A DNA stretch of 43,645 bases from a virus (IMGVR_UViG_3300017971_000113:1-43645), one strand, 5' to 3'. Positions 25,372 to 33,488 are shown, numbered from the stretch's first letter. Notes: generated from the sequence alone by a model not told the origin. Numbers and translations are program-made.

Positions 25372-25397
25372 GAAAGAATTCACGGTAAGGAAACTAT
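25372..25397 (+). repeat. 26-bp exact direct repeat, copy 2
   Basis: Identical to 24848-24873. Read in a different frame context, so the conservation is at the DNA level. Confidence 0.9.
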
Positions 25398-25432
25398 TAT
25401 ATGTATTGAAAAGGAGATAAAAAAGGGGGACT

Positions 25433-25912
25433 ATGACGCCGACAGAGAAGAAAATGATTGTGCTCGCTATTGATCCAGGAGCAGTTGAAAGCGCTTTTGT
25501 TGTTTGGGATGGTTTATCAATTTTTGGATTTGGAAAAATCCCTAATCAAAAAATATTTGATAAATTGCTGCATTATAAATATGACGTTTGCGTCATCGAA
25601 CAGATAAGCTCGTATGGGATGAGTGTAGGCGAGTCTGTTTTTGAAACTGTTTTCTGGTCTGGAAGATTCGCTGAAGCTTCGTTTAAGCCATTTGAAAGAA
25701 TCAAAAGAATGGAAGTGAAAATGCGCATATGTCATGATTCAAGAGCAAAAGATTCGAATATAATAACGGCGCTTATAGATAGATTCGCCCCGAATACGCC
25801 AAATAGAGGAAAAGGTACTAAAAAATCACCTGGTTTTTTTTACGGCTTTAAAAAAGACATTTGGCAAGCTTTCGCATTAGCGGTAACTTATTTGGATAAT
25901 CACGGAATATAG
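25433..25912 (+). CDS. RuvC-like Holliday junction resolvase
   Basis: IVLAIDPGA (Asp1), CVIEQISSYG (Glu), and C-terminal DIWQAFALAVTYL (DAxAIA-like), in RuvC order and spacing. Confidence 0.65.
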   Translation: MTPTEKKMIVLAIDPGAVESAFVVWDGLSIFGFGKIPNQKIFDKLLHYKYDVCVIEQISSYGMSVGESVFETVFWSGRFAEASFKPFERIKRMEVKMRICHDSRAKDSNIITALIDRFAPNTPNRGKGTKKSPGFFYGFKKDIWQAFALAVTYLDNHGI

Positions 25913-25949
25913 GATTGACAAATTTAAAAGCTTATGAGATTGTAAGCTT

Positions 25950-26129
25950 ATGATACAAAAAACATATTATACGAGCCTTAAGGAATTCAAACGATTAAAA
26001 GAACATGCCCATAAAGTCGATAAAAACAGATCTGAAATCATAAGAGAGGCGCTGGAAATTTATTTTTTCATAACTCATAAAGCGCCATCTCTCAAAAAAC
26101 GTATTTATCAATCCATGAAAAAAACATAA
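25950..26129 (+). CDS. Ribbon-helix-helix (CopG/Arc-type) DNA-binding protein, 59 aa
   Basis: Hand translation gives ...TSLKEFKRLKEHAHKVDKNRSEIIREALEIYF.... Two AAGCTTATGA direct repeats overlap its start. Confidence 0.55.
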   Translation: MIQKTYYTSLKEFKRLKEHAHKVDKNRSEIIREALEIYFFITHKAPSLKKRIYQSMKKT

Positions 26130-26142
26130 ATTTGGAAACAAT

Positions 26143-26520
26143 ATGAAAAAAATATTGTGGTTTTCAAGACATTCTCTTACAAAAGAGCAACTAAACGATT
26201 TGAACTGTTTGTTTTCGGAAGAATTAAATATCAGACAAATAGATAAAACGATAAATAGCGTTGTTGAAATAAAAGAAGATCTTGATTGGTGCGACGTTGC
26301 GATTGTTGTTATGCCAATTGAGATGCAAAAAGAAACTCTTATGCTGCTTGGCGGGAAAATCATGATGATATCACGCAATCATAGAATATTGCAGTCCGAC
26401 GGATCATATAAATTTGTACATGCCGGTTTTGATAGAATCGAAAGAATTGAAATAGTAAAATATAAATTGACTGATCATCTGGAACCAAAAGGGGCTTTTA
26501 GGGGAGCAAACGATGAATGA
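26143..26520 (+). CDS. Hypothetical protein (125 aa) following the RHH gene
   Basis: Track ORF 13 nt after the RHH stop; overlaps the MazG start. Confidence 0.55.
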   Translation: MKKILWFSRHSLTKEQLNDLNCLFSEELNIRQIDKTINSVVEIKEDLDWCDVAIVVMPIEMQKETLMLLGGKIMMISRNHRILQSDGSYKFVHAGFDRIERIEIVKYKLTDHLEPKGAFRGANDE

Positions 26521-26884
26521 TTTTGAATGGATAGAAAACCAAATTATAAAGTGGGGCAAAGATAAAGATCTTATCGGAGAAAAAGGAAATTCCAAAAGAC
26601 AGGTTGAAAAAACATTTGAAGAATTGAACGAACTCGGCGACGCTCTTTATTTTGAAAATACAGATGACGCCATTGACGCTTATGGGGATATAATTGTAAC
26701 AATCATAATTGGTTACGCTCAATTTTGTTTTGAAAAAAATATCAATCATTCGAGAATTATAGATGCTGTTAATTCGGCGTATGAAGAAATAAAAGATAGA
26801 AGCGGATTTACATTAAACGGAACATTTATAAAGGATTCTTTGCATGCCGCCTATAAAATGACGTTTCCGATCACGTCGGGTTAG
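26513..26884 (+). CDS. MazG-like all-alpha nucleotide pyrophosphohydrolase
   Basis: EKTFEELNELGDA ... DAIDAYGDIIVTIIIG matches the EExxE...D metal-binding helices typical of phage MazG. Confidence 0.65.
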   Translation: MNDFEWIENQIIKWGKDKDLIGEKGNSKRQVEKTFEELNELGDALYFENTDDAIDAYGDIIVTIIIGYAQFCFEKNINHSRIIDAVNSAYEEIKDRSGFTLNGTFIKDSLHAAYKMTFPITSG

Positions 26885-26927
26885 TCTCCCACCTGTCCAA
26901 TAGGCGGCATGTAAAATAACATATTAT

Positions 26928-27263
26928 TTGCAAAGGACTTTTAAGATGAAGTGTAAATATTCGTTGGTGAGTATCGTGGAAAAAGAAAATTCCGAAAGGC
27001 AGGTTGAAAAAATATCTGAAAAATTGAACGAACTCGGCGACGCTCTTTATTTTGAAAGGTTGGATGACGCGCTTGATGCTTATGGGGACATATTAGCCAC
27101 AATAATCATTGGTTGCGTGCAAAGGACTTTTAAGATGAAATGTAAATATTGTAAATATTCGATACCTTCTGATATCCCCGGACACATAAAATGCGTGTAT
27201 AAAGGGAAGAATGAAAAAGATGATTTTTGGTGTATGAGATTTGAAAGAAAAATAAAGAAATAA
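26928..27263 (+). CDS. Chimeric ORF: truncated MazG-core duplicate fused to a Cys-rich C-terminal peptide
   Basis: Residues EKENSERQVEKISEKLNELGDALYFERLDDALDAYGDILATIIIG copy the MazG core. QRTFKMKCKY occurs twice. Internal ATGs with AAAGGA RBSs at 26946 and 27135. Confidence 0.5.
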   Translation: MQRTFKMKCKYSLVSIVEKENSERQVEKISEKLNELGDALYFERLDDALDAYGDILATIIIGCVQRTFKMKCKYCKYSIPSDIPGHIKCVYKGKNEKDDFWCMRFERKIKK

Positions 27264-27264
27264 A

Positions 27265-27642
27265 ATGGAAAAAATAGCAGCTATATTGTGCGGCGCGGCG
27301 ACGGTATTATTCGCTATTATGGGCCTTGATTTTTTCGGCGTTATTGACTTCACAGAGACGGATCAAGTTGCTATAGCTCAAATAGAAGCGCTAAAAGATG
27401 CAAATAAGCGCCTGATGGATCTTGCAATATCGAATATGAATAATTCCGGCGTAAGCGCTAATATGATATTTTTAATTGTTCTGATATGTATTTTAGGCGC
27501 GCTTGTATTTTCTTTTATGCTTTTTAAGCATAAAGAAAAAATAGAATCGATAAAAACTTATAAGGATAAAGGCTTTATAGATATAAGTCAATTGAATCAT
27601 AATGATTATTCGTATCTTATAGATTATAGAGGCGGGGGGTGA
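27265..27642 (+). CDS. Membrane protein (2 TM segments)
   Basis: Hydrophobic AAILCGAATVLFAIMGLDFFGVI and MIFLIVLICILGALVFSFMLF, with a charged tail. Confidence 0.55.
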   Translation: MEKIAAILCGAATVLFAIMGLDFFGVIDFTETDQVAIAQIEALKDANKRLMDLAISNMNNSGVSANMIFLIVLICILGALVFSFMLFKHKEKIESIKTYKDKGFIDISQLNHNDYSYLIDYRGGG

Positions 27643-27645
27643 ATA

Positions 27646-28182
27646 ATGGGAATTGAAACAGGAATATCTATATTGATAATTTGCGCTTTTTTCGCCTGGA
27701 TTCTAAAAGACGATAAACCTAAAAAAATAGAAAAGATTGAAATTAGTCCGGGAAAGCATATAGAATTTTTAGAATACGCCGACTACAGAACAATCATATG
27801 CAATATTCCTGAATTTAAAGATAATATAGTATCAAGCAGGATAAAAATAAGATTGATGGATTTTCCTAATCTGGATATAAACAATCCGACTCATAAATTT
27901 GCGGCTGATATGATATTGAATATTATGTCAAAAACAATCGAAAATGCGAAAGAAATAAGATTACATCAACATTTGAGAGGGGCGGATGGATTTTATCTTT
28001 ACGGGAGAGTTTTTGTAGATGGCGTGGATATATCGTCATATTTGGATGATATCCCGGATATAAAAAAATACAAACAAATTGTTGATCCTGTTGACATGCG
28101 AGTTCCTCGTGAATCAAGAAACAATAATGATAGATATCACCGCGATATGAGAAATAATGACAGGATTATGTTACCACAATGA
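27646..28182 (+). CDS. N-terminally membrane-anchored protein (weak thermonuclease-fold resemblance)
   Basis: TM segment GISILIICAFFAWIL. The pattern IKIRLMDF...EIRLHQHLRGADGFYLYGRVFVDGVDISSYL only loosely recalls SNase, and the catalytic residues are not evident. Confidence 0.35.
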   Translation: MGIETGISILIICAFFAWILKDDKPKKIEKIEISPGKHIEFLEYADYRTIICNIPEFKDNIVSSRIKIRLMDFPNLDINNPTHKFAADMILNIMSKTIENAKEIRLHQHLRGADGFYLYGRVFVDGVDISSYLDDIPDIKKYKQIVDPVDMRVPRESRNNNDRYHRDMRNNDRIMLPQ

Positions 28183-28703
28183 ATCAAATTCAACAAGGTG
28201 TATTAATCGCTGGAGCCGGAATCGGATATGTTTTTATAATGACTGATCTTTTTGGTAAGTTTTTTGTCGGATTGATCATTTTTGCATTGGTATGTTTTTT
28301 TTGTATCGTTTTTTGGAGAAAAAATCAAATAAAATGGAGAAAAGAGGAATTTGAAAACAGTTTTATTGTTCGAGATGGGGCTGTAATCGCATTCGATAAT
28401 AGGATAGCTGATTGTCCATCATATCAACGCCAATCACCAGCGAATCACTTTGAAAACACTGAAAATAATAAATATCAGGACCACGTCACCAGTGATGAAA
28501 AAAATGGTGACGCCCCGTTGATTGAGCATAAAAAATCGAATAGAATAGGGGATGATTTATATCCATATCGGAATGAAACAGAAGAGGAAAAAATAATCAG
28601 ATTGCATATTAGTGGAAAATCAAAATATGAAATATGCAATGAGATATGGGGTTCAAAAAACGGGGAAAGATATAAGAAAATTGAAAACGTTATTAATAAA
28701 TAA
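28179..28703 (+). CDS. Membrane protein with a C-terminal HTH-like segment
   Basis: Two N-terminal hydrophobic segments. C-terminal IIRLHISGKSKYEICNEIWGS. Confidence 0.45.
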   Translation: MNQIQQGVLIAGAGIGYVFIMTDLFGKFFVGLIIFALVCFFCIVFWRKNQIKWRKEEFENSFIVRDGAVIAFDNRIADCPSYQRQSPANHFENTENNKYQDHVTSDEKNGDAPLIEHKKSNRIGDDLYPYRNETEEEKIIRLHISGKSKYEICNEIWGSKNGERYKKIENVINK

Positions 28704-28728
28704 TGAAATTGAAAGAAAATGTTGGTAA

Positions 28729-28923
28729 ATGGGCGATTATGTTAAATGCATAAAAGCAGGATCGACAATAGATTGTTGGTCTTGCTATCATTCAAGAGAT
28801 CATGAAAAAATAAAATATGATTCATTGGATGCGAAGTTTTGCTCTCAATGGCAAGACTGCAATGATGGAATAAATAGCAATGGGAAAGTTAGGTGCATCA
28901 AGACAGCAAAGAAGAAAATATAA
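28729..28923 (+). CDS. Small Cys-rich protein, first gene of the ParB/radical-SAM operon
   Basis: 64 aa with 7 Cys (CIKAGSTIDCWSC ... C ... C ... C). Its stop overlaps the next ATG (TAATG). Confidence 0.5.
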   Translation: MGDYVKCIKAGSTIDCWSCYHSRDHEKIKYDSLDAKFCSQWQDCNDGINSNGKVRCIKTAKKKI

Positions 28924-29639
28924 TGAAGATAAAATGCAAGTACGATAAGCTGGTTAAAATATCGGAATTGACAACACTTAAACATCCTCGAAATTATAAT
29001 CAGCACGGAACAGAACAAATAGAGCTATATGCCGAAATAATAAAAGATCAAGGTATAAGAAGACCAATAAGAATATCTAATTTTTCTGGATTTATTACGG
29101 CCGGTCACGGTCTTTTGAAAGCTGCCGAAAAATTAGACTATAATGAGTTACCGGTTGAATATCAGGATTATGACTCAGAAGAGCAAGAGCTTGCTGATAT
29201 TTTGGCGGATAATAATCTTGCTCGACTCGCTACAGTGAATCGTCAAAAGCGGGATTCAATAATCCATGAACTTGTTGAAAAAGGCGTTGACCCAAAAATA
29301 ACCGGAATTTCAAAAGTAATCATGGACGATATTCTCGGAAACGTTCAAAAAATTGATCTTACAGCTTCTGAATTTTTCAATAACCGAGAAGGCTTTATTG
29401 ACGACGAATCATCCGATCTGGATGAATTTGAATCGCAAGATATGATGGATATGTCATCAGGAAAAATAAGAGAACTCGAAAATAGTAAAAAGCGGCCAAT
29501 TGCAATTGTACTCGATAGAAGCCAGTATGAAAAATGGGAATCGTTAAAAAAGACAAAATTTAAAGTTAAGGGTGATACATTAGCGATTCTTAAAATTATT
29601 GAATATTTTGAAACTTTGTTGGAGGAGGATAAAAAATGA
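28923..29639 (+). CDS. ParB-like nuclease domain protein
   Basis: ATG 28923 (the track uses GTG 28893). N-terminal ParB/Srx-fold pattern ISELTTLKHPRNYNQH..IELYAEIIKDQGIRRPIRIS..GFITAGHGLLKAAEKL, with an acidic middle region. Confidence 0.6.
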   Translation: MKIKCKYDKLVKISELTTLKHPRNYNQHGTEQIELYAEIIKDQGIRRPIRISNFSGFITAGHGLLKAAEKLDYNELPVEYQDYDSEEQELADILADNNLARLATVNRQKRDSIIHELVEKGVDPKITGISKVIMDDILGNVQKIDLTASEFFNNREGFIDDESSDLDEFESQDMMDMSSGKIRELENSKKRPIAIVLDRSQYEKWESLKKTKFKVKGDTLAILKIIEYFETLLEEDKK

Positions 29640-30862
29640 TAGTACCGTTTTGGGGCGAATTGTTATTCCATAAAATTCCGTTAGAATTGAGTTTTAACCC
29701 TTGCTCTCATGGATGCGCTTATTGCTTTAATATTCTGAACGGAATGAATAAACACTGCGATATGGCGCCGTTAACAAAACTGTTGACTGATTTCAACAAC
29801 AGAGAAACGTTTGTTGCCAAATTACTCAAAAAAGGATATCCGGTCTTGATGTCAAACCGATCGGACCCATTCGCAAGGAGTAATTATGAGCAGGCTTTAT
29901 CAATCATTAAATTGATGAGTGAAGTCGGAATTCCAATGGCGTTTCAGACAAAAGGCGGATATGGAATAGATGAAGCGCTTGACATGTTGGATAAGCCAAC
30001 ATGTTGGTATATAACAATTACACATAGCTCTGATCAAACTCGTAAGATTTTTGAACGTAACGCCCCGGATATTGATAGTCGTTTCACATTATGTGAAAAA
30101 TTAAGATCAAAAGGACATCGAGTACAAGTCGGAATAAATCCTATGGTGAGGGAATGGTTGGGTTATAATAAACAGCTTGCATCTTTTATTGAACGATTAA
30201 AGAATTCAGGCGTGGAAGGCATATGGGCCGAAAAGATTCATTTTAATCGAAAACAGATTAAAAATATATCGCCAAAAGTCAAGATTGCTTTTGGAGATAT
30301 CATAAACGAAGGCTTAAAAAACCCGTCCCCAGAATTAACAGAATATATCGATACTCTTCAATCTATGATTAAAGATTCAGGTATTGTTTTCGGATCATCC
30401 TATAATTGGAATACAAAATATTGGGATGTTTTTGACGAAACATACGATACGCTTTTTCCGAATACGATTGATTTTATCAGACATTGTTTTAATTCATTGG
30501 AAGACGATACTGTAATCGCTTACTCATACTTCAAGCGCCATATAGTTGACAAATTCCCCAAAGGGCGATACAATATAAAGAATTATATACTAAATAAGGG
30601 ATTTCGGATGAATAAAAAATACGCTTTAAAATCTCAAATGACCTTTGATGAGATTATGCGTATAATGTGGTTTGATCCGAAAGCGGGTAAAATGGGGATA
30701 GGCGTAAAAGAATGGTTCGCCGTTTATGGTTGCGAGATAACTAAAGATGGATTTCTTAAAAAACCTGTCTGCGAGGATTACGGAATGCCTTATTATATGT
30801 TCAGGCGCTCTGAGTTTAACTCAAGTGTCGTTGATTTATATGGAAAGGAGGTACTATTATGA
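29636..30862 (+). CDS. Radical SAM enzyme, SplB-like (COG1533 'DNA repair photolyase' type)
   Basis: CSHGCAYC is a CxxxCxxC motif in an NP-C-x-HGC-x-YC context. Downstream NRSDPF, FQTKGG, ITITHS and VGINPMV match the SplB-like TIM-barrel strand pattern. Confidence 0.7.
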   Translation: MIVPFWGELLFHKIPLELSFNPCSHGCAYCFNILNGMNKHCDMAPLTKLLTDFNNRETFVAKLLKKGYPVLMSNRSDPFARSNYEQALSIIKLMSEVGIPMAFQTKGGYGIDEALDMLDKPTCWYITITHSSDQTRKIFERNAPDIDSRFTLCEKLRSKGHRVQVGINPMVREWLGYNKQLASFIERLKNSGVEGIWAEKIHFNRKQIKNISPKVKIAFGDIINEGLKNPSPELTEYIDTLQSMIKDSGIVFGSSYNWNTKYWDVFDETYDTLFPNTIDFIRHCFNSLEDDTVIAYSYFKRHIVDKFPKGRYNIKNYILNKGFRMNKKYALKSQMTFDEIMRIMWFDPKAGKMGIGVKEWFAVYGCEITKDGFLKKPVCEDYGMPYYMFRRSEFNSSVVDLYGKEVLL

Positions 30863-31014
30863 TTGATTTTGGAATTAGAATTCAAAAATCGAATCTTACA
30901 AAAGACGCGGTATTTAATACTGTGACGTCGGAATCAGGAAGAAGTACGAAGACGACCGTAACTTATGTTCCTAAAGATGGCGGATTTCCAAGAACTATCA
31001 CAATAAAACGGTAA
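30859..31014 (+). CDS. Hypothetical 51-aa protein coupled to the radical-SAM gene
   Basis: ATGA overlap with the upstream stop. Hand-translated product MIDFGIRIQKSNLTKDAVFNTVTSESGRSTKTTVTYVPKDGGFPRTITIKR. Confidence 0.45.
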   Translation: MIDFGIRIQKSNLTKDAVFNTVTSESGRSTKTTVTYVPKDGGFPRTITIKR

Positions 31015-31076
31015 ATTTAAAATAACGGTGTATCCTTATGGTTACGCCGTTTCTCGGAATAACCTCTTGATAAATA

Positions 31077-31649
31077 ATGAACCCGCAATGTAAAGCAAAA
31101 AGCAAACGCACAGGGAACCGTTGCCAACGCCCCGCCATGAACGGAAAAAAAGTATGCTACTATCATGGCGGCAAGTCTCCAGGCGCTCCAAAAAAAAATA
31201 AAAACGCTTTCAAACATAGTTTTTACTCTCAATTATATGTCGGAGATGATCAAGAAAAAGTTCAAGCTTTGTCGGTAGAACTTGCATCCGGCGATCATTT
31301 GGAGTTATTGAAAAGTCATCTTGTTTCTGCAATATCAAATCACGCGAAAATGATAGTTGCCCAAAGAACTTATTATGAAGAAAGAGAAAAAGTAAAAGCC
31401 AATGGGCTGGATATGGAAACACTTTCTAAGAACGGAGAGGATGCTGACGGGAATAAATATGTGACGCTGCATCGATTGAGAGATTTTTCAAATGAATTGC
31501 ACGCCGCGCAAAATCAAGTGCTTAAAATTGTAAAAGAAATACACGCCATAAAGATGGATTTAGGATTAGATAAAGATACGGAAAAAATAATCTTTGATTT
31601 GAAGTTCAATTTTGACGAAGAAAAAGAAAGCGAGCCCGGGCTGGATTAG
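31077..31649 (+). CDS. HGGxSTG-like Cys/His N-terminal motif protein; possible small terminase or DNA-binding protein
   Basis: CKAKSKRTGNRCQRPAMNGKKVCYYHGGKSPGAPKKNKNAFKHSFYS followed by a helical C-terminus. The TerS role is inferred only from motif recollection and proximity to TerL. Confidence 0.35.
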   Translation: MNPQCKAKSKRTGNRCQRPAMNGKKVCYYHGGKSPGAPKKNKNAFKHSFYSQLYVGDDQEKVQALSVELASGDHLELLKSHLVSAISNHAKMIVAQRTYYEEREKVKANGLDMETLSKNGEDADGNKYVTLHRLRDFSNELHAAQNQVLKIVKEIHAIKMDLGLDKDTEKIIFDLKFNFDEEKESEPGLD

Positions 31650-31664
31650 TTAAAGGCTCGCTTT
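31627..31664. terminator. Bidirectional terminator between convergent genes
   Basis: 10-bp stem AAAGCGAGCC/GGCTCGCTTT (31627-31636/31655-31664), with T-runs on both strands. Confidence 0.55.
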
Positions 31665-31667
31665 TTA

Positions 31668-31853
31668 TCAATTATTTTGTTTGGTCATGTTAAACGTACA
31701 TCTTTTTGGGATTTTCTTTGTTTTATTGCAGTCATCGCATTCAAAGAGATAATGATTTTTTTGCGTCCCTATATATTTTAAACGCTTTCCGCATTCACAA
31801 ATCATTTTTATGTTTTCAATTTCCATTTTTACACCCATACTTCTTACAAACAC
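31668..31853 (-). CDS. Small zinc-ribbon protein
   Basis: CECGKRL...FECDDCNK; the start is probably an internal ATG. Confidence 0.5.
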   Translation of the reverse strand: MFVRSMGVKMEIENIKMICECGKRLKYIGTQKNHYLFECDDCNKTKKIPKRCTFNMTKQNN

Positions 31854-31861
31854 AATTGAGA

Positions 31862-32323
31862 TTAAGGTGTCCAGATAACGCCTCTTTCCGATTTCGATAT
31901 TTCCGATGCAATTCCAGCCAGATTTTCATTACAAAAGATCAGCAACAAAATTCCTTTATGGCCGTCTCTCCGCAACAATGACTTTAAAAAGGACACTCGT
32001 TCCGTCGCTTGCCATTTATCATAAAAATGTTCGGCATTGACAACCACGGTTGTTTTTTGTTCCGCCGACTCGACTATTTCAGTTTGAATTTGCCGCCAGA
32101 CTATGAAATCACTCAATTTGCCCGCATATCTGTTTTCCATATCTATCATTCGGGCGTCCATCAATTCGACAAATTCCATCATATCATTTTCATTATAGGA
32201 TTTTGGATTAGACGGCGCGATAATCAAAACCGGATATCGCTCAGGGCAGCTTCTCCACTTTTCCATCAATTTTTGAGTTTTTAATTCCATTTGTGTCTCG
32301 TATTTTGTATTACTTTTTTTCAT
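31862..32323 (-). CDS. Hypothetical protein (153 aa)
   Basis: Strong RBS GGAGGAGG upstream on the minus strand. Confidence 0.55.
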   Translation of the reverse strand: MKKSNTKYETQMELKTQKLMEKWRSCPERYPVLIIAPSNPKSYNENDMMEFVELMDARMIDMENRYAGKLSDFIVWRQIQTEIVESAEQKTTVVVNAEHFYDKWQATERVSFLKSLLRRDGHKGILLLIFCNENLAGIASEISKSERGVIWTP

Positions 32324-32404
32324 TTATTCCTCCTCCCTCTTCTAACGCCGAATTAAGCGGCAGGGGCGTAATGTTGCCCCCAAGCCTTTCATTTTTGGTT
32401 TTTT

Positions 32405-32608
32405 TTAAAATTCCAACGAGATCATTTGATCTCGTTCGCAATATTCGCATTTTGCTACGAGATCATTTATTTTTACGCCAATTATTTTTTTTGAAATGGC
32501 TTCAATTATATCGCCGATTTCATCATATGCGAGCGGCGAATATTTCCGCCCGCAATGTTCGCATTCGCAATTTATATCTATTTTTATATCTGCTATTTGC
32601 ATTTTCAT
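32405..32608 (-). CDS. Small zinc-ribbon protein (67 aa from the ATG preceded by AGGAGA)
   Basis: MKMQIADIKIDINCECEHCG...AKCEYCERD. The track ORF extends to 32659, but the RBS supports 32608. Confidence 0.55.
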   Translation of the reverse strand: MKMQIADIKIDINCECEHCGRKYSPLAYDEIGDIIEAISKKIIGVKINDLVAKCEYCERDQMISLEF

Positions 32609-32613
32609 ATCTC

Positions 32614-32985
32614 CTATAATTTCATAAATTTCATTAACTGTTCTGGCGAATTTGAACAAAATTCGTCAATATAATATTTTCCGTTTTCCCGTTTTATCTT
32701 AAATCCATGCGCCGCCGCATAAATGCGGCATTTTGAAAGCGTTATTTTTTTTTCAATTTTTAATGCCTTTGCCGCGTTTTTACGTTCACATAGCCGTTTT
32801 TTAGATATTTCAATAAAACGATATCCATATGAATCGATATCGTTTTTTAATAACGAATCGGCTATCAAATTCAAACTAAGCCATTTTTTGAATTTGAAAT
32901 CAAAACGCAAGCCCTCTAATTCATTATCGAATATGTATGAATATTCGATATTTTTTTCGAATATGTTTATTGCTGTTATTTTCAT
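32614..32985 (-). CDS. Hypothetical protein (123 aa)
   Basis: Track ORF abutting 32986..33318. Confidence 0.5.
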   Translation of the reverse strand: MKITAINIFEKNIEYSYIFDNELEGLRFDFKFKKWLSLNLIADSLLKNDIDSYGYRFIEISKKRLCERKNAAKALKIEKKITLSKCRIYAAAHGFKIKRENGKYYIDEFCSNSPEQLMKFMKL

Positions 32986-33318
32986 TTATTTCGATTCTTC
33001 CTCTATATATTCTATCATTTCTTTTAATGAGAGGCCATGGGGCTCTCTAACATCATCCGCCGAGGCCTCAAGCTTATGAGATCTGCCGATTTTCATTTTC
33101 CTATATGATCCGTCTATTCCCATATATGTTTTTTCGAATTTAGAAATTTTGCCATCATATTTTTGTGGCGAAATTTCGCAATTTTTAAAATCCCATATCG
33201 ATTCAATCTCGAAATATTTTGAAGATCTGAATCGATATTCATATCTGTTTTTATCAATTGCCCGATATATCGGGCAATTCCGATGTGAAATATATCTGTC
33301 AATTATTTGTACTATCAC
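32986..33318 (-). CDS. Hypothetical protein (110 aa)
   Basis: GTG start preceded by AAGGAGGG. Confidence 0.5.
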   Translation of the reverse strand: MIVQIIDRYISHRNCPIYRAIDKNRYEYRFRSSKYFEIESIWDFKNCEISPQKYDGKISKFEKTYMGIDGSYRKMKIGRSHKLEASADDVREPHGLSLKEMIEYIEEESK

Positions 33319-33346
33319 GCCGTCCCTCCTTCGCCTACGTTCTAAT

Positions 33347-33484
33347 CTATCCTTCGTTCGTTGTAAATTGATAAAAATCCGATTCGCTTCGAGAATCGGA
33401 TTCTATCCAAGCGATGAGCGTGTTTTTACGCCAATTATTTTTTTCGCATTCGCAATTTATATCTATTTTGATTTCTGCCATCAT
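33347..33484 (-). pseudogene. Chimeric 45-codon remnant: 5' end like gene 32405..32608, 3' end like gene 33489..33686
   Basis: MMAEIKIDINCECE, then a frameshifted copy of AAAAAAATAATTGGCGTAAAAA, then LIAWIESDSRSESDFYQF. The 27-bp (33443-33469 = 32558-32584) and 21-bp (33424-33444 = 32471-32491) matches are adjacent here but 66 nt apart in the intact gene. Confidence 0.4.
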
Positions 33485-33488
33485 TATA

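Noticed and set aside
25995-26378. A 127-aa minus-strand ORF
   Set aside because: It overlaps the plus-strand RHH ORF and the 26143..26520 ORF, which have better start contexts and fit the uniform plus-strand operon. Its product is hydrophobic low-complexity sequence typical of an antisense shadow ORF in AT-rich DNA.
31017-31232. A 71-aa minus-strand ORF overlapping the HGGxSTG-like gene start
   Set aside because: It is antisense to a gene with a clear Cys/His motif, has no RBS, and lies inside a plus-strand operon.
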